Below the pieces are notes generated by a model. That model was not told where the DNA came from and did no database searches. It worked only from the letters and a program-made list of their open reading frames with translations. DNA of 64,000 nt from Escherichia coli (GTDB lineage: Bacteria; Pseudomonadota; Gammaproteobacteria; Enterobacterales; Enterobacteriaceae): the NCBI RefSeq assembly GCF_046105845.1, contig NZ_CP151004.1; one strand, written 5' to 3'. Positions within the stretch are counted from its first letter, which is position 1. Each line of letters begins with the position of its first letter. The position numbers were made by a program, and so were the translations under genes. Below are positions 40,277 through 53,704 of this stretch, piece after piece.

Positions 40277-41572
40277 TTAATCGCTGTTTTTGGCAATTAA
40301 ACGTTCCGGGATAACAAAACTGAAACGTGTTCCTTTTCCTACTGTACTCTCAATATTCAGGCGACTTTCGTGATGATTCACCGCATGTTTCACGATCGCT
40401 AACCCTAATCCGCTACCGCCGGTTTGCCGGGAACGCGCTTTATCAACGCGATAAAAACGCTCGGTCAGGCGCGGAATATGCTCCGGTGCAATGCCCGGTC
40501 CGTTATCTTCAACGCTAAATTCAGCACCGTGCGGCACTCGCTGCCAGCGTACGGTGATATGCGTGCCTTCCGGCGTATGATTTACGGCGTTATAGACCAG
40601 GTTCGAAATCGCACTGCGTAGCTGATCTTCGTTGCCAGACACCTTGAGGCCGTTATCTATCTCAAAGGTAAATGTCTGTTTTTTCTGACTCAGAGTCTGA
40701 GCCTCGCGCTCAACAACGCGCAGCATCATTGGCACATCAACCTTTTCATTGAGCAAATGCGTCGGTGCGGCTTCTATTTTCGACAGCGTCAGCAACTGCT
40801 TCACCAGCCCTTCCATCCGCTGGGTCTGCTCGCGCATGGTGTGCAACGCTTTTTCACGTACCGCGCCTTCCAGCGGTTGCTCATCCATCATCTCCAGGTA
40901 ACCCTGTAACACGGTCAATGGCGTACGTAACTCATGGCTCACGTTGGCAAAAAAGTTACGCCGCGCCCCTTCCAATTGATGCATTTGCGTGACATCACGC
41001 GCCACCATCAGCAACTGTTTGTGGGTATAAGGCATGACGCGAATTTCCAGATGCCGCCCGGTGTTGAGCACCAGATTAAGCGGGCGAGAAAAATCACGCG
41101 TTTTCAGATATTGCGTAAACTCCGGGTAACGCAGCAAGTTAAGGATGTTCTGCCCGTTATCTTCCGGCCAGCGCAAGCCAAGAATCTGTTGCGCCAGACC
41201 GTTACACCAGAAAATACCGCCCTCTTCCGTGGTCAGCACCACCGCGTCGGGCAGCGACTCCGCGCCGCTACGAAAGCGTTTAATCAGATTGCCCAGTTCA
41301 CGGCGGCGTTTTTTATTTCGCAGCTGCATCTGGTGTAAGCCGTATAGTAGCGGTTCCCAGCTACCACGCCCCGGTGGCGGGGTCATACTGCGATCCACCC
41401 ACAGCCACCATGAAAGGCGCAATAAATTCCAGAAATGCCAGATAAGCAGTCCTGTTACCGATGCCAGCAAAAACCAGGGCAGGTAACCAAAAAATACACC
41501 CAGGATGAAAGCCGGGAGGCAGCAAAGTAGCAGCTCCAGCACCAGCCTTTTCCACGACAGCCGTTCCAGCAC
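40277..41572 (-). CDS. phoR: phosphate regulon sensor histidine kinase
   Basis: 431 aa; H-box SHELRTPL and HATPase motifs; recognised sequence. Confidence 0.95.
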   Translation of the reverse strand: MLERLSWKRLVLELLLCCLPAFILGVFFGYLPWFLLASVTGLLIWHFWNLLRLSWWLWVDRSMTPPPGRGSWEPLLYGLHQMQLRNKKRRRELGNLIKRFRSGAESLPDAVVLTTEEGGIFWCNGLAQQILGLRWPEDNGQNILNLLRYPEFTQYLKTRDFSRPLNLVLNTGRHLEIRVMPYTHKQLLMVARDVTQMHQLEGARRNFFANVSHELRTPLTVLQGYLEMMDEQPLEGAVREKALHTMREQTQRMEGLVKQLLTLSKIEAAPTHLLNEKVDVPMMLRVVEREAQTLSQKKQTFTFEIDNGLKVSGNEDQLRSAISNLVYNAVNHTPEGTHITVRWQRVPHGAEFSVEDNGPGIAPEHIPRLTERFYRVDKARSRQTGGSGLGLAIVKHAVNHHESRLNIESTVGKGTRFSFVIPERLIAKNSD

Positions 41573-41629
41573 GTAAGATACTCCAGTTAAGAAATCATAA
41601 GCCCTGCTCTGCGTCCGATGAGCAAGGCG

Positions 41630-42319
41630 TTAAAAGCGGGTTGAAAAACGATATCCTGTACCGCGCACGGTCTGCACCATGCGGTCATGCCCACCGGGCT
41701 CCAGTGCTTTACGCAGGCGACGAATGTGGACATCGACCGTGCGGTCTTCCACATACACGTTGGTTCCCCAGACGTGGTTTAACAGCTGCTCGCGGCTGTA
41801 CACGCGCTCAGGATGCGTCATAAAAAAGTGCAGCAGTTTAAATTCTGTCGGCCCCATCTCCAGCGGTTCTTCGCCCGCCATCACCCGGTGAGATGTCGGG
41901 TCGAGACTTAGCCCCTGCATCTCGATCACCTCTTCCACCGCCATTGGCGAAATACGGCGCATTACCGCTTTGATTCGCGCCACCAGCTCCTTCGGCGAAA
42001 ACGGCTTGGTGATATAGTCATCCGCGCCGGTTTCAAGGCCGCGCACGCGATCTTCTTCTTCCCCTCTGGCGGTCAACATCACCACTGGAATATCCCGGGT
42101 CATCGACTCGCGCTTGAGGTGTTTGATGAACTGGATACCGGAGCCGCCAGGTAACATCCAGTCAAGGAGAATTAAATCCGGCCAGGGTTCATTCAGTTGA
42201 TTCACAGCACTGTCATAATCTTCCGCTTCGACCGGCTGAAAGCCATTTTGTTCGAGCACGAAGCAGACCATTTCGCGAATTGGTGCTTCATCTTCTACGA
42301 CCAGAATACGTCTCGCCAT
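41630..42319 (-). CDS. phoB: phosphate regulon response regulator
   Basis: 229 aa; receiver domain (ILVVEDE ... DWMLP) plus winged-helix domain. Confidence 0.95.
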
Positions 42320-42372
42320 GATTTGCCCTGTTGTAATAAATAGGTTGCGATCATTAATGCGACGTCATTATG

Positions 42373-42400
42373 CGTCAGATTTATGACAGATTTATGAAAA
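42373..42400 (-). promoter_or_regulatory. Pho box of the autoregulated phoBR promoter
   Basis: Minus strand reads TTTTCATAAATCTGTCATAAATCTGACG (CTGTCAT direct repeats), about 55-80 nt upstream of the phoB ATG. Confidence 0.75.
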
Positions 42401-42508
42401 GCTCGTCGCACATATCTTCAGGTTATTGATTTCCGTGGCGCAGAAAAAAGCAAATGGCACATCTGTTTGGGTATAATCGCGCCCATACTTTTTCGCCAGG
42501 GAACCGTT

Positions 42509-43711
42509 ATGCGCATCCTTCACACCTCAGACTGGCATCTCGGCCAGAACTTCTACAGTAAAAGCCGCGAAGCTGAACATCAGGCTTTTCTTGACTGGCT
42601 GCTGGAGACAGCACAAACCCATCAGGTGGATGCGATTATTGTTGCTGGTGATGTTTTCGATACCGGCTCGCCGCCCAGTTACGCCCGCACGTTATACAAC
42701 CGTTTTGTTGTCAATTTACAGCAAACTGGCTGTCATCTGGTGGTACTGGCAGGAAACCATGACTCGGTCGCCACGCTGAATGAATCGCGCGATATCATGG
42801 CGTTCCTCAATACTACCGTGGTCGCCAGCGCCGGACATGCGCCGCAAATCTTGCCTCGTCGCGACGGGACGCCAGGGGCAGTGCTGTGCCCCATTCCGTT
42901 TTTACGCCCACGTGACATTATTACCAGCCAGGCGGGGCTTAACGGTATTGAAAAACAGCAGCATTTGCTGGCAGCGATTACCGATTATTACCAACAACAC
43001 TATGCCGATGCCTGCAAACTGCGCGGCGCTCAGCCTCTGCCCATCATCGCCACGGGACATTTAACAACTGTGGGTGCCAGTAAAAGTGATGCCGTGCGTG
43101 ACATCTATATTGGCACGCTGGACGCGTTTCCGGCACAAAACTTTCCGCCAGCCGACTACATCGCGCTTGGGCATATTCACCGCGCGCAGATTATTGGCGG
43201 CATGGAACATGTTCGCTATTGCGGCTCCCCCATTCCACTGAGTTTTGATGAATGCGGTAAGAGTAAATATGTCCATCTGGTGACATTTTCAAACGGCAAA
43301 TTAGAGAGCGTGGAAAACCTGAACGTACCGGTAACGCAACCCATGGCGGTGCTGAAAGGCGATCTGGCGTCGATTACTGAACAGCTGGAACAGTGGCGCG
43401 ATGTATCACAGGAGCCACCGGTCTGGCTGGATATCGAAATCACTACTGATGAGTATCTGCATGATATTCAGCGCAAAATCCAGGCATTAACCGAATCATT
43501 GCCTGTCGAAGTATTGCTGGTACGCCGGAGTCGTGAACAGCGCGAGCGTGTGTTAGCCAGCCAACAGCGTGAAACCCTCAGCGAACTCAGCGTCGAAGAG
43601 GTGTTCAATCGCCGTCTGGCACTGGAAGAACTGGATGAATCGCAGCAGCAACGTCTGCAGCATCTTTTCGCCACAACGTTGCATACCCTCGCAGGAGAAC
43701 ACGAAGCATGA
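42509..43711 (+). CDS. sbcD: nuclease SbcCD subunit D (400 aa)
   Basis: ORF-track entry 42467..43711 trimmed to [20 protein letters not shown] (Mre11-type phosphoesterase motif). Confidence 0.9.
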   Translation: MRILHTSDWHLGQNFYSKSREAEHQAFLDWLLETAQTHQVDAIIVAGDVFDTGSPPSYARTLYNRFVVNLQQTGCHLVVLAGNHDSVATLNESRDIMAFLNTTVVASAGHAPQILPRRDGTPGAVLCPIPFLRPRDIITSQAGLNGIEKQQHLLAAITDYYQQHYADACKLRGAQPLPIIATGHLTTVGASKSDAVRDIYIGTLDAFPAQNFPPADYIALGHIHRAQIIGGMEHVRYCGSPIPLSFDECGKSKYVHLVTFSNGKLESVENLNVPVTQPMAVLKGDLASITEQLEQWRDVSQEPPVWLDIEITTDEYLHDIQRKIQALTESLPVEVLLVRRSREQRERVLASQQRETLSELSVEEVFNRRLALEELDESQQQRLQHLFATTLHTLAGEHEA

Positions 43712-46700
43712 AAATTCTCAGCCTGCGCCTGAAAAACCTGAACTCATTAAAAGGCGAATGGAAGATTGATTTCACCCGCGAGCCGTTCGCCAGCAACGGG
43801 CTGTTTGCCATTACCGGTCCAACCGGCGCGGGAAAAACGACCCTACTCGATGCCATTTGTCTGGCGCTGTATCACGAAACTCCGCGCCTTTCTAACGTTT
43901 CACAATCGCAAAATGATCTCATGACCCGCGATACCGCCGAATGTCTGGCGGAAGTGGAGTTTGAAGTCAAAGGTGAAGCGTACCGTGCGTTCTGGAGCCA
44001 GAATCGGGCGCGTAACCAGCCGGACGGTAATTTGCAGGTGCCACGCGTTGAGCTGGCGCGCTGTGCCGATGGCAAAATTCTCGCCGACAAAGTGAAAGAT
44101 AAGCTGGAACTGACGGCGACGTTAACCGGACTGGATTACGGGCGCTTCACCCGTTCGATGCTGCTTTCGCAGGGGCAATTTGCTGCCTTCCTGAATGCCA
44201 AACCCAAAGAACGCGCGGAATTGCTCGAGGAGTTAACCGGCACTGAAATCTACGGGCAAATCTCGGCGATGGTTTTTGAGCAGCACAAATCGGCCCGCAC
44301 AGAGCTGGAGAAGCTGCAAGCGCAGGCCAGCGGCGTCGCGTTGCTCACGCCGGAACAAGTGCAATCGCTGACAGCGAGTTTGCAGGTACTTACTGACGAA
44401 GAAAAACAGTTACTTACCGCGCAGCAGCAAGAACAACAATCACTAAACTGGTTAACGCGTCTGGACGAATTGCAGCAAGAAGCCAGCCGCCGTCAGCAGG
44501 CCTTGCAACAGGCGTTAGCCGAAGAAGAAAAAGCGCAACCTCAACTGGCGGCGCTCAGTCTGGCACAACCGGCACGAAATCTTCGTCCGCACTGGGAACG
44601 CATCGCAGAACACAGCGCGGCGCTGGCGCATACTCGCCAGCAGATTGAAGAAGTAAATACTCGCTTACAGAGCACAATGGCGCTTCGCGCGAGCATTCGC
44701 CACCACGCGGCGAAGCAGTCAGCAGAATTACAGCAGCAGCAACAAAGCCTGAATACCTGGTTACAGGAACACGACCGCTTCCGTCAGTGGAACAACGAAC
44801 TGGCGGGTTGGCGTGCGCAGTTCTCCCAACAAACCAGCGATCGCGAGCATCTGCGGCAATGGCAGCAACAGTTAACCCATGCTGAGCAAAAACTTAATGC
44901 GCTTGCGGCGATCACATTGACGTTAACCGCCGATGAAGTTGCTACCGCCCTGGCGCAACATGCTGAGCAACGCCCACTGCGTCAGCGCCTGGTCGCGCTG
45001 CATGGACAGATTGTTCCCCAACAAAAACGCCTGGCGCAATTACAGGTCACTATCCAGAATGTCACGCAAGAACAGACGCAACGTAACGCCGCACTTAACG
45101 AAATGCGCCAGCGTTATAAAGAAAAGACGCAGCAACTTGCCGATGTGAAAACCATTTGCGAGCAGGAAGCGCGCATCAAAACGCTGGAAGCTCAACGTGC
45201 ACAGTTACAGGCGGATCAGCCTTGTCCTCTTTGTGGTTCCACCAGCCACCCGGCGGTCGAGGCGTATCAGGCGCTGGAACCAGGCGTTAATCAGGCCCGG
45301 CTATTAACGCTGGAAAACGAAGTGAAAAAGCTCGGTGAAGAAGGTGCGGCGCTACGTGGGCAACTGGACGCCTTAACGAAGCAGCTTCAGCGTGATGAAA
45401 ACGAAGCGCAAAGCCTCCGACAAGATGAGCAAGCACTTACTCAACAATGGCAAGCTGTCACGGCCAGCCTCAATATCACCTTGCAGCCACAGGACGATAT
45501 TCAACCGTGGCTGGATGCACAAGATGAGCACGAGCGCCAGCTGCGGATACTCAGCCAACGGCATGAATTACAAGGGCAGATTGCCGCACATAATCAGCAA
45601 ATTATCCAGTATCAACAGCAAATTGAACAACGCCAGCAGCAACTCTTAACGGCATTGGCGGGTTATGGACTGACATTGCCACAGGAAGATGAAGAAGAGA
45701 GCTGGTTGGCGACGCGTCAGCAAGAAGCACAGAGCTGGCAGCAACGCCAGAACGAATTAACCGCGCTGCAAAACCGTATGCAGCAGCTGACGCCGATTCT
45801 GGAAACGTTGCCGCAAAGTGATGAACTCCCGCACAGCGAAGAAACTGTGGCGCTGGAAAACTGGCGGCAGGTTCATGAACAATGTCTCGCATTACACAGC
45901 CAGCAGCAGACCTTACAGCAACAGGACGTTCTGGCGGCGCAAAGTCTGCAAAAAGCCCAGGCGCAGTTTGACACCGCGCTACAGGCCAGCGTCTTTGACG
46001 ATCAACAGGCGTTCCTTGCGGCGCTAATGGATGAACAAACACTAACGCAACTGGAACAGCTCAAGCAGAATCTGGAAAACCAGCGCCGTCAGGCGCAAAC
46101 GCTGGTCACTCAGACAGCAGAAGCGCTGGCACAGCATCAGCAACACCGACCTGACGGGTTGACTCTCACTGTGACGGTGAAGCAGATTCAGCAAGAGTTA
46201 GCGCAAACTCACCAAAAGTTGCGTGAAAACACCACCAGTCAGGGCGAGATTCGCCAGCAGCTGAAGCAGGATGCAGACAACCGTCAGCAACAGCAAACCT
46301 TAATGCAGCAAATTGCTCAAATGACGCAGCAGGTTGAGGACTGGGGATATCTGAATTCGCTAATAGGTTCCAAAGAGGGCGATAAATTCCGCAAGTTTGC
46401 CCAGGGGCTGACGCTGGATAATTTAGTCCATCTCGCTAATCAGCAACTTACCCGGCTGCACGGGCGCTATCTGTTACAGCGCAAAGCCAGCGAGGCGCTG
46501 GAAGTCGAGGTTGTTGATACCTGGCAGGCAGATGCGGTACGCGATACCCGTACCCTTTCCGGCGGCGAAAGTTTCCTCGTCAGTCTGGCGCTGGCGCTGG
46601 CGCTTTCGGATCTGGTCAGCCATAAAACGCGTATTGACTCGCTGTTCCTTGATGAAGGTTTTGGCACGCTGGATAGCGAAACGCTGGATACCGCCCTTGA

Positions 46701-46851
46701 TGCGCTGGATGCCCTGAATGCCAGTGGCAAAACCATCGGTGTGATTAGCCACGTTGAAGCGATGAAAGAGCGTATTCCGGTGCAGATCAAAGTGAAGAAG
46801 ATCAACGGCCTGGGCTACAGCAAACTGGAAAGTGCGTTTGCAGTGAAATAA
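43708..46851 (+). CDS. sbcC: nuclease SbcCD subunit C (SMC-like ATPase)
   Basis: 1047 aa; Walker [10 protein letters not shown], long Gln-rich coiled coil with CPLCGS hook, C-terminal signature LSGGE; overlaps the sbcD stop. Confidence 0.95.
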   Translation: MKILSLRLKNLNSLKGEWKIDFTREPFASNGLFAITGPTGAGKTTLLDAICLALYHETPRLSNVSQSQNDLMTRDTAECLAEVEFEVKGEAYRAFWSQNRARNQPDGNLQVPRVELARCADGKILADKVKDKLELTATLTGLDYGRFTRSMLLSQGQFAAFLNAKPKERAELLEELTGTEIYGQISAMVFEQHKSARTELEKLQAQASGVALLTPEQVQSLTASLQVLTDEEKQLLTAQQQEQQSLNWLTRLDELQQEASRRQQALQQALAEEEKAQPQLAALSLAQPARNLRPHWERIAEHSAALAHTRQQIEEVNTRLQSTMALRASIRHHAAKQSAELQQQQQSLNTWLQEHDRFRQWNNELAGWRAQFSQQTSDREHLRQWQQQLTHAEQKLNALAAITLTLTADEVATALAQHAEQRPLRQRLVALHGQIVPQQKRLAQLQVTIQNVTQEQTQRNAALNEMRQRYKEKTQQLADVKTICEQEARIKTLEAQRAQLQADQPCPLCGSTSHPAVEAYQALEPGVNQARLLTLENEVKKLGEEGAALRGQLDALTKQLQRDENEAQSLRQDEQALTQQWQAVTASLNITLQPQDDIQPWLDAQDEHERQLRILSQRHELQGQIAAHNQQIIQYQQQIEQRQQQLLTALAGYGLTLPQEDEEESWLATRQQEAQSWQQRQNELTALQNRMQQLTPILETLPQSDELPHSEETVALENWRQVHEQCLALHSQQQTLQQQDVLAAQSLQKAQAQFDTALQASVFDDQQAFLAALMDEQTLTQLEQLKQNLENQRRQAQTLVTQTAEALAQHQQHRPDGLTLTVTVKQIQQELAQTHQKLRENTTSQGEIRQQLKQDADNRQQQQTLMQQIAQMTQQVEDWGYLNSLIGSKEGDKFRKFAQGLTLDNLVHLANQQLTRLHGRYLLQRKASEALEVEVVDTWQADAVRDTRTLSGGESFLVSLALALALSDLVSHKTRIDSLFLDEGFGTLDSETLDTALDALDALNASGKTIGVISHVEAMKERIPVQIKVKKINGLGYSKLESAFAVK

Positions 46852-46976
46852 CTATTCAGCAGGATAATGAATACAGAGGGGCGAATTATCTCTTGGCCTT
46901 GCTGGTCGTTATCCTGCAAGCTATCACTTTATTGGCTACGGTGATTGGTAGCCGTTCTGGTGGTTGTGATGGTGGT

Positions 46977-48161
46977 ATGAAAAAAGTCATTTTATCTTTG
47001 GCTCTGGGCACGTTTGGTTTGGGGATGGCCGAATTTGGCATTATGGGCGTGCTCACGGAGCTGGCGCATAACGTAGGAATTTCGATTCCTGCTGCCGGGC
47101 ATATGATCTCGTATTATGCGCTGGGGGTGGTGGTCGGTGCGCCAATCATCGCACTCTTTTCCAGCCGCTACTCACTCAAACATATCTTATTGTTTCTGGT
47201 GGCGTTGTGCGTCATTGGCAACGCCATGTTCACGCTCTCTTCGTCTTACCTGATGCTCGCCATTGGTCGGCTGGTTTCCGGCTTTCCGCATGGTGCATTT
47301 TTTGGCGTCGGCGCGATCGTGTTATCGAAAATTATCAAACCCGGCAAAGTCACCGCCGCCGTGGCGGGGATGGTTTCCGGGATGACAGTCGCCAATTTGC
47401 TGGGCATTCCGCTGGGAACGTATTTAAGTCAGGAATTTAGCTGGCGTTACACCTTTTTATTGATCGCTGTTTTTAATATTGCGGTGATGGCATCGGTCTA
47501 TTTTTGGGTGCCGGATATTCGCGACGAGGCGAAAGGGAAGCTACGCGAACAATTTCACTTTTTGCGCAGCCCGGCCCCGTGGTTAATTTTCGCCGCCACC
47601 ATGTTTGGCAACGCAGGTGTGTTTGCCTGGTTCAGCTACGTAAAGCCATACATGATGTTTATTTCCGGTTTTTCGGAAACGGCGATGACTTTTATTATGA
47701 TGTTAGTTGGGCTAGGGATGGTGCTGGGGAATGTGCTAAGTGGCCGGATTTCAGGACGTTATTCACCACTGCGCATTGCGGCAGTAACTGACTTTATTAT
47801 TGTGCTGGCACTGCTGATGCTCTTTTTCTTCGGCGGCATGAAAACAACGTCGCTTATTTTTGCATTTATTTGTTGCGCGGGATTATTTGCCCTTTCAGCA
47901 CCACTGCAAATATTGTTACTGCAAAATGCCAAAGGCGGAGAGTTATTAGGTGCCGCAGGTGGGCAAATAGCGTTTAACCTCGGTAGCGCCGTCGGCGCAT
48001 ATTGCGGTGGTATGATGCTGACGCTGGGGCTGGCATATAATTACGTGGCGCTGCCTGCCGCCCTGCTTTCGTTTGCTGCGATGTCGTCGTTGCTGCTGTA
48101 TGGTCGCTATAAGCGCCAGCAAGCGGCGGATAGTCCGGTGCTGGCGAAACCACTGGGGTAG
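46977..48161 (+). CDS. araJ: MFS transporter AraJ (394 aa)
   Basis: ORF-track entry 46893..48161 trimmed to MKKVILSLALGTFGLGMAEFG. Confidence 0.85.
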   Translation: MKKVILSLALGTFGLGMAEFGIMGVLTELAHNVGISIPAAGHMISYYALGVVVGAPIIALFSSRYSLKHILLFLVALCVIGNAMFTLSSSYLMLAIGRLVSGFPHGAFFGVGAIVLSKIIKPGKVTAAVAGMVSGMTVANLLGIPLGTYLSQEFSWRYTFLLIAVFNIAVMASVYFWVPDIRDEAKGKLREQFHFLRSPAPWLIFAATMFGNAGVFAWFSYVKPYMMFISGFSETAMTFIMMLVGLGMVLGNVLSGRISGRYSPLRIAAVTDFIIVLALLMLFFFGGMKTTSLIFAFICCAGLFALSAPLQILLLQNAKGGELLGAAGGQIAFNLGSAVGAYCGGMMLTLGLAYNYVALPAALLSFAAMSSLLLYGRYKRQQAADSPVLAKPLG

Positions 48162-48188
48162 ATTACTGTCACGGTGCGCGTTGCTTAT

Positions 48189-48281
48189 TGCCGGATGAGG
48201 CGTGAACGCGTTATCGGCCTGCGGTTCCGGCACATTTTGCAGGCCTGATAAGACGCGGCATCGCATCAGGCATGATGCGCC
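48189..48281. repeat. BIME (two inverted REP units)
   Basis: TGCCGGATGAGGCGTGAACGCGTTATCGGCCTGCGG and the inverted GCAGGCCTGATAAGACGCGGCATCGCATCAGGCATGATGCGCC between araJ and mak. Confidence 0.7.
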
Positions 48282-48296
48282 AATTGCCTACGTTTT

Positions 48297-49205
48297 TTAC
48301 TCTTGTGGCCATAACCACGCAGCGCCGCGTACGCCGCTGGAATCACCGTGCTTCGCCTTACGCACCGGCGTTTCACATTCGCCGCCGAAGACAAATTGTT
48401 TAATCAACTGCGGAACCGTTTGATATAAACGGTCTACATTGCTCATCCCGCCCCCCAGGACAATCACATCCGGATCGAGAATATTCACGACATGTGCCAG
48501 CGATTTTGCCAGCCGCAGCTCGTAGCGACGCAATGCCAGTTCCGCTACCGGATCGCTTTCTTCAACCAGGCGGATAATTTCACTGCCTTTCAGCGCATGT
48601 CCGCTCAAACGACGATAATCCGTCGCGAATCCCGTGCCCGAAATAAAGGTTTCAATACAACCTTGTTTACCGCAATAACAAGGGACTTCCTCGCGATAAC
48701 GCAGTTCGTCTTCGTCCATCCACGGTAGCGGATTGTGTCCCCACTCACCTGCCGTGCCATTGCCGCCGATATGCGCCCGCCCATTGAATGCCACGCCCGC
48801 GCCGCATCCCGTGCCGATAATCACGGCAAATACCGTCTGCGCTCCCGCTGCCGCGCCATCTACCGCTTCTGAAACCGCCAGACAGTTGGCGTCATTTGCC
48901 AGCCGCACTTCCCGCTGCAACCGCGCGCTTAAGTCTTTATCGAATGGCTGACCGTTGAGCCAGGTTGAATTGGCATTCTTCACCACGCCGGTGTAAGGCG
49001 AAATTGAGCCAGGAATGCCCATACCTACCGTTCCGCGCAGCCCTGTCGCCTGCTCCGCCATATCAACCAACGTGGCGATCGTTTCAATAGTCTGCCGGTA
49101 ATCATCACGCGGCGTGGGCAGACGATGGCGGTACAACTGCTCCCCTGCATCGCCCAGTGCAATCACTTCAGTTTTGGTGCCGCCTAAATCGATACCTATA
49201 CGCAC
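48297..49205 (-). CDS. mak: fructokinase / manno(fructo)kinase (302 aa, non-ATG start)
   Basis: ORF-track entry 48297..49343 trimmed to (V)[21 protein letters not shown], a ROK-family N-terminus. Confidence 0.85.
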   Translation of the reverse strand: MRIGIDLGGTKTEVIALGDAGEQLYRHRLPTPRDDYRQTIETIATLVDMAEQATGLRGTVGMGIPGSISPYTGVVKNANSTWLNGQPFDKDLSARLQREVRLANDANCLAVSEAVDGAAAGAQTVFAVIIGTGCGAGVAFNGRAHIGGNGTAGEWGHNPLPWMDEDELRYREEVPCYCGKQGCIETFISGTGFATDYRRLSGHALKGSEIIRLVEESDPVAELALRRYELRLAKSLAHVVNILDPDVIVLGGGMSNVDRLYQTVPQLIKQFVFGGECETPVRKAKHGDSSGVRGAAWLWPQE

Positions 49206-49329
49206 GGTACTCTCCTTATTTTTTTCAATATCAATAGCGTAGAGACGGACAACTGGATTGGCAATGCAAGGCCGCCGACAATTCGTTATCATGCCCGCTA
49301 AATTTAACGACAAGGCCGTGGAAATTATC

Positions 49330-50241
49330 ATGCTGTGGTTCAAAAATTTAATGGTTTACCGTCTTAGCCGCGAGATTTCGTTGCGTGCAGAAGAGATGGA
49401 AAAACAGCTAGCCTCGATGGCATTTACCCCATGCGGCAGCCAGGACATGGCGAAGATGGGCTGGGTTCCTCCGATGGGATCGCACAGCGATGCGTTAACG
49501 CACGTTGCCAATGGTCAAATTGTTATCTGCGCGCGCAAAGAAGAAAAAATCCTCCCGTCTCCGGTGATTAAACAGGCGCTGGAAGCGAAAATCGCCAAAC
49601 TGGAAGCGGAACAGGCGCGTAAGCTGAAGAAAACCGAAAAAGATTCGCTGAAAGACGAAGTGCTGCACTCTCTGCTGCCACGTGCTTTCAGCCGTTTTAG
49701 CCAGACAATGATGTGGATCGACACGGTTAACGGTTTGATTATGGTGGACTGCGCCAGTGCCAAAAAAGCGGAAGATACGCTGGCATTACTGCGTAAAAGC
49801 CTGGGGTCGTTACCGGTTGTACCATTGAGCATGGAAAACCCGATTGAACTGACGCTGACCGAATGGGTACGCTCCGGCAGCGCGGCACAGGGCTTCCAGC
49901 TGCTTGATGAAGCCGAGCTGAAATCACTGCTGGAAGATGGTGGAGTGATCCGCGCGAAGAAACAAGATCTGACCAGCGAAGAGATCACCAATCACATTGA
50001 AGCCGGAAAAGTGGTGACTAAACTGGCGCTCGACTGGCAGCAGCGCATTCAGTTTGTGATGTGCGACGATGGTTCGCTCAAGCGTCTGAAGTTCTGCGAC
50101 GAGCTGCGCGATCAAAACGAAGATATCGACCGTGAAGATTTCGCCCAGCGTTTTGATGCCGATTTCATCCTGATGACTGGTGAACTGGCAGCGTTAATTC
50201 AAAACCTGATTGAAGGATTAGGTGGCGAAGCACAACGTTAA
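49330..50241 (+). CDS. rdgC: recombination-associated protein RdgC (303 aa)
   Basis: ORF-track entry 49258..50241 trimmed to [18 protein letters not shown]. Confidence 0.9.
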
Positions 50242-50260
50242 TTGCTGATTTACCTTTAAT

Positions 50261-50297
50261 GCCGGATGCGACGCCTGCCGCGTCTTATCCGGCGTAC
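50261..50297. repeat. REP element
   Basis: GCCGGATGCGACGCCTGCCGCGTCTTATCCGGCGTAC, 20 nt after the rdgC stop. Confidence 0.65.
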
Positions 50298-50398
50298 GAA
50301 GCCACACCAGGCATATAATTATTCGCTACGGCGGGCAATAATTTTTAGCGCAGCAATATTATGCGTTTTACGCTGTAACTTGCTCCATGGGCGTTGTG

Positions 50399-50680
50399 TC
50401 ATTGTTTTTCCTCAAGCCGGTGACGCGCTTCACTGCGAATTTTCCGCGTTGCCCCGGTTTTCACTAAATCACGTAACAGCGAAAGATCGGGTTGATCGAC
50501 AAATAAGAGTAATGATGGATCCTCTTTTAACCACATCGTTTTCACATCGGCAGCCAACTGTGGATTATTAATAACCAACGCCCGATCCTGAGGCTCAGTC
50601 AATGCCGTTAACAACGACGCCGGGGTATGTGCGTTGCGCAATGCCGTTTGGCGCAAATGATCATTGCGACTTTGCAGCAA
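50399..50680 (-). CDS. small hypothetical protein at the position occupied by ykiA in K-12 gene order
   Basis: 93-aa ORF between rdgC and ppnP; identity not recognised with certainty. Confidence 0.4.
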   Translation of the reverse strand: MLQSRNDHLRQTALRNAHTPASLLTALTEPQDRALVINNPQLAADVKTMWLKEDPSLLLFVDQPDLSLLRDLVKTGATRKIRSEARHRLEEKQ

Positions 50681-50887
50681 TGCACGCCACCATTCATCAT
50701 CTGATTTATCTTTTATCGTAGCCAGTTCCGCAAAAATATCTGGGGATCTTCGCTGATATTTATATCAACCTTGATGAATTATGAATATATCGGAAATCGA
50801 AAAAATCCCAGCAAAGGAAATATTATTATGGGTTAAAGAGAGGACATTTCAGAAAAATGCCCTCCCGTTCAAGGGGAAGGCGAGGAA

Positions 50888-51172
50888 TTACAGATAGCGG
50901 CACAGATAAGAGGTGGGTTCGGCAACTTGCAGATGAAACTCGCTGTGACCGGGAACATTAAACACCGAACCGGCTTCATACACCTGCCAGTCGGTCGCGT
51001 CAGGCAGTAACACATTCAGCGCACCACTGATTACCGTCATCTCTTCAGGCTCAGCGGTGCTGAAGGTGTATTCGCCTTCAACCATAACACCCACGCTGGC
51101 GCGACCAGTGCTGCTGCTGGAAAAGCCGATCGATTTCACTTTGCCTGAAAAGTACTCATTACTTTGAAGCAT
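50888..51172 (-). CDS. ppnP: pyrimidine/purine nucleoside phosphorylase (cupin)
   Basis: 94 aa; [19 protein letters not shown] recognised (formerly yaiE). Confidence 0.9.
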
Positions 51173-51243
51173 AAACTGGCCCTGTCTGGTAGTTGAACAT
51201 CTACTTCACTATAGGGGCCAGAGGCGCTGGCTGTCACGCAAAA

Positions 51244-51921
51244 TTACACCAGTAATTCCGCAGCCAGCCGTGCAATCAATACGTTAGACAGCAAGACAGG
51301 AACATCGAGCTGTTTTTGCAGTAAATCGCGATGACGCTGGTTAAATCCCAAACAATCCAGCATGATGACATCTGCGCCTTTCGCCAGTAATTCTTTCCCG
51401 GCATCAATGATTTTTTGTTCTGAATCATGAATGGGGTTACCCAATGAAAATACCGGCGGTTTCTGCAAAATTTGCCATTTTTGCGCCTGAACGGTCAGCA
51501 ACTCCTCAACCGGTACGATAACCCCTACCTGATGATCTTCAACAATAGAGGAAACCAGCGGTGGCAATATCCGCGACGGCTCAAGAAAGATCGTATTACG
51601 CGCAGTCATACTACTAATGTTTGCCGTACTCATTAATATAATGACGTCGTAGCCCTGATTATCGAGCACTTCAACCACACCTTGCAGGTCACGCTCTACT
51701 TTGCGACGCGAAACATGGGCCAGATGGTTGTCATTTAATAATGTGAGAATTGTGTCTTCGCCTGCTTCTGGCGCGTACTCCGCCATCACTTCTTCGCGGC
51801 TTAACTTCCCCAGCAGGCTATGATGGGAAATATTATCTTCGTCAATGTATTCTGTCAGGAGCGGCAAAACTTCCTGCATAGGTACAATGCCGATGGTCAG
51901 GATCGCCAACGACGCACTCAT
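51244..51921 (-). CDS. aroM: AroM protein
   Basis: 225 aa; recognised sequence and synteny aroL-yaiA-aroM. Confidence 0.9.
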   Translation of the reverse strand: MSASLAILTIGIVPMQEVLPLLTEYIDEDNISHHSLLGKLSREEVMAEYAPEAGEDTILTLLNDNHLAHVSRRKVERDLQGVVEVLDNQGYDVIILMSTANISSMTARNTIFLEPSRILPPLVSSIVEDHQVGVIVPVEELLTVQAQKWQILQKPPVFSLGNPIHDSEQKIIDAGKELLAKGADVIMLDCLGFNQRHRDLLQKQLDVPVLLSNVLIARLAAELLV

Positions 51922-52178
51922 TGTTCTTCCACCTTACTTTTATTTCGTCGTTAATTACCGGGCAAGCGCTAAGCACCACTGCTGACACTTACCTGTGCTA
52001 CAAATGACAAAAAGCGTAGCAGCAGACCTACACGGCATAATGTAAAGATTCCAAATGATTCCAGTAATGGATTGTTATTGTTTAATATTCTAATTATTTG
52101 AAAAACATGAATTGTGAAAAATGTGACGCAGATCCCTTGTGGTGGCACTCAGAATCCCTTCCGAGCAGTCTGATGCGG

Positions 52179-52379
<201 letters not shown>

Positions 52380-52419
52380 TTATTTCACGGGATGAACGTT
52401 AAGTATAGGCGCTCGAAAA

Positions 52420-52944
52420 TCAACAATTGATCGTCTGTGCCAGGGCACTGCGAATTTCAGAAATCACCTGGCTGGGTTCGTTTGTTGCGTCGATGATAAT
52501 ATGCGCAACTTCGCGATAAAGCGCATCGCGTTCTTCCAGCACTTCCTGAACTTCTTCGCTCAGCGGTTTCCCCGTTAAGGTTGGCCGTAAATCTTCTTCC
52601 GGTGCAGCTTGCAGTCGGTTAACCAGGACTGATACTGGCGCACACAAATAAACCACGATCCCGTTATTTTGCATAAAGTGACGATTAAATTCCGTCAGGA
52701 TAATGCCGCCGCCTGTAGCGATAACGGTGGATGGCGCAGTTACCGCTTCCAGCGCCGCCGTTTCTCTGGCGCGGAATCCCGCCCACTCTTCCCTTTCGAC
52801 GATCTCCGCGACCGTCATATTGAGCTGTGATTGCAACCACTGATCGGTATCGACAAACCGACGGTTAAGCGAATCGGCAAGGGCCATTCCGACCGTTGTT
52901 TTACCACAGCCCCGAGGCCCGATCAGAAAAAGAGGTTGTGTCAT
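52420..52944 (-). CDS. aroL: shikimate kinase II
   Basis: 174 aa; Walker [10 protein letters not shown]. Confidence 0.95.
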
Positions 52945-53107
52945 CGTGGGTTTTCCCCAATAGGTCGCAATGCGGCGAAAGCCGGTGTCATGAGAATAGC
53001 GATCATACCATCAAACTAGTACAATTTCGATTGTAAAGAAAAAATTCCACTTAAAGTGAAAATCTCAATACATCCCTTACTATACCAATAAATATTCAAG
53101 AATGAAG

Positions 53108-53125
53108 TGTAAATAATAAATTACA
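53108..53125 (-). promoter_or_regulatory. TyrR-box-like palindrome upstream of aroL
   Basis: TGTAAATAATAAATTACA approximates the TyrR consensus TGTAAA-N6-TTTACA; aroL is a known TyrR target. Confidence 0.5.
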
Positions 53126-53126
53126 T

Positions 53127-53585
53127 TTAGCCACGACTACGTTGCACTTCCAGCCACCACTTCTCCAGCTCCGCGGCAAAGGCCTGGCGGTCACGTTGTG
53201 AAAGGCTATCTGGTCCCCCGGTCTGGATCCCACTGGCGCGTAAGGTATCCATAAAATCGCGCATCGTCAGGCGCTCACGAATGGTCGCTGGCGTGTAACG
53301 TTCGCCGCGTGGATTAAGCGCCGCCGCGCCTTTCTCGATGGCTTCAGCAGCCAAAGGAATATCTGCGGTGATCACCAAATCGCCAGCTTCACACTGCCGG
53401 ACAATTTCGTTATCGGCAACGTCGAAACCTGCCGCGACGCGCAGCGTTCGAATTAATCGCGAAGGCGGTACGCGTAAACTCTGGTTTGCTACCAGTACCA
53501 GCGGCATCTGCATACGTTCAGCCGCGCGATACAAAATCTCTTTAATTACATTGGGACACGCGTCGGCATCCACCCAAATTGTCAT
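53127..53585 (-). CDS. yaiI: UPF0178 protein YaiI (152 aa)
   Basis: ORF-track entry 53127..53705 trimmed to [24 protein letters not shown]. Confidence 0.85.
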   Translation of the reverse strand: MTIWVDADACPNVIKEILYRAAERMQMPLVLVANQSLRVPPSRLIRTLRVAAGFDVADNEIVRQCEAGDLVITADIPLAAEAIEKGAAALNPRGERYTPATIRERLTMRDFMDTLRASGIQTGGPDSLSQRDRQAFAAELEKWWLEVQRSRG

Positions 53586-53704
53586 AAAGTCATCCCTTGT
53601 TGGGTAATTCTCTATTGTGTCGCGCTTTTGCCTTCCGGCATAGTTCTGTTTATGCTTCTGCCAGCGATTATCAAAACAATGAATTTCACGGCAGGAGTGA
53701 GGCA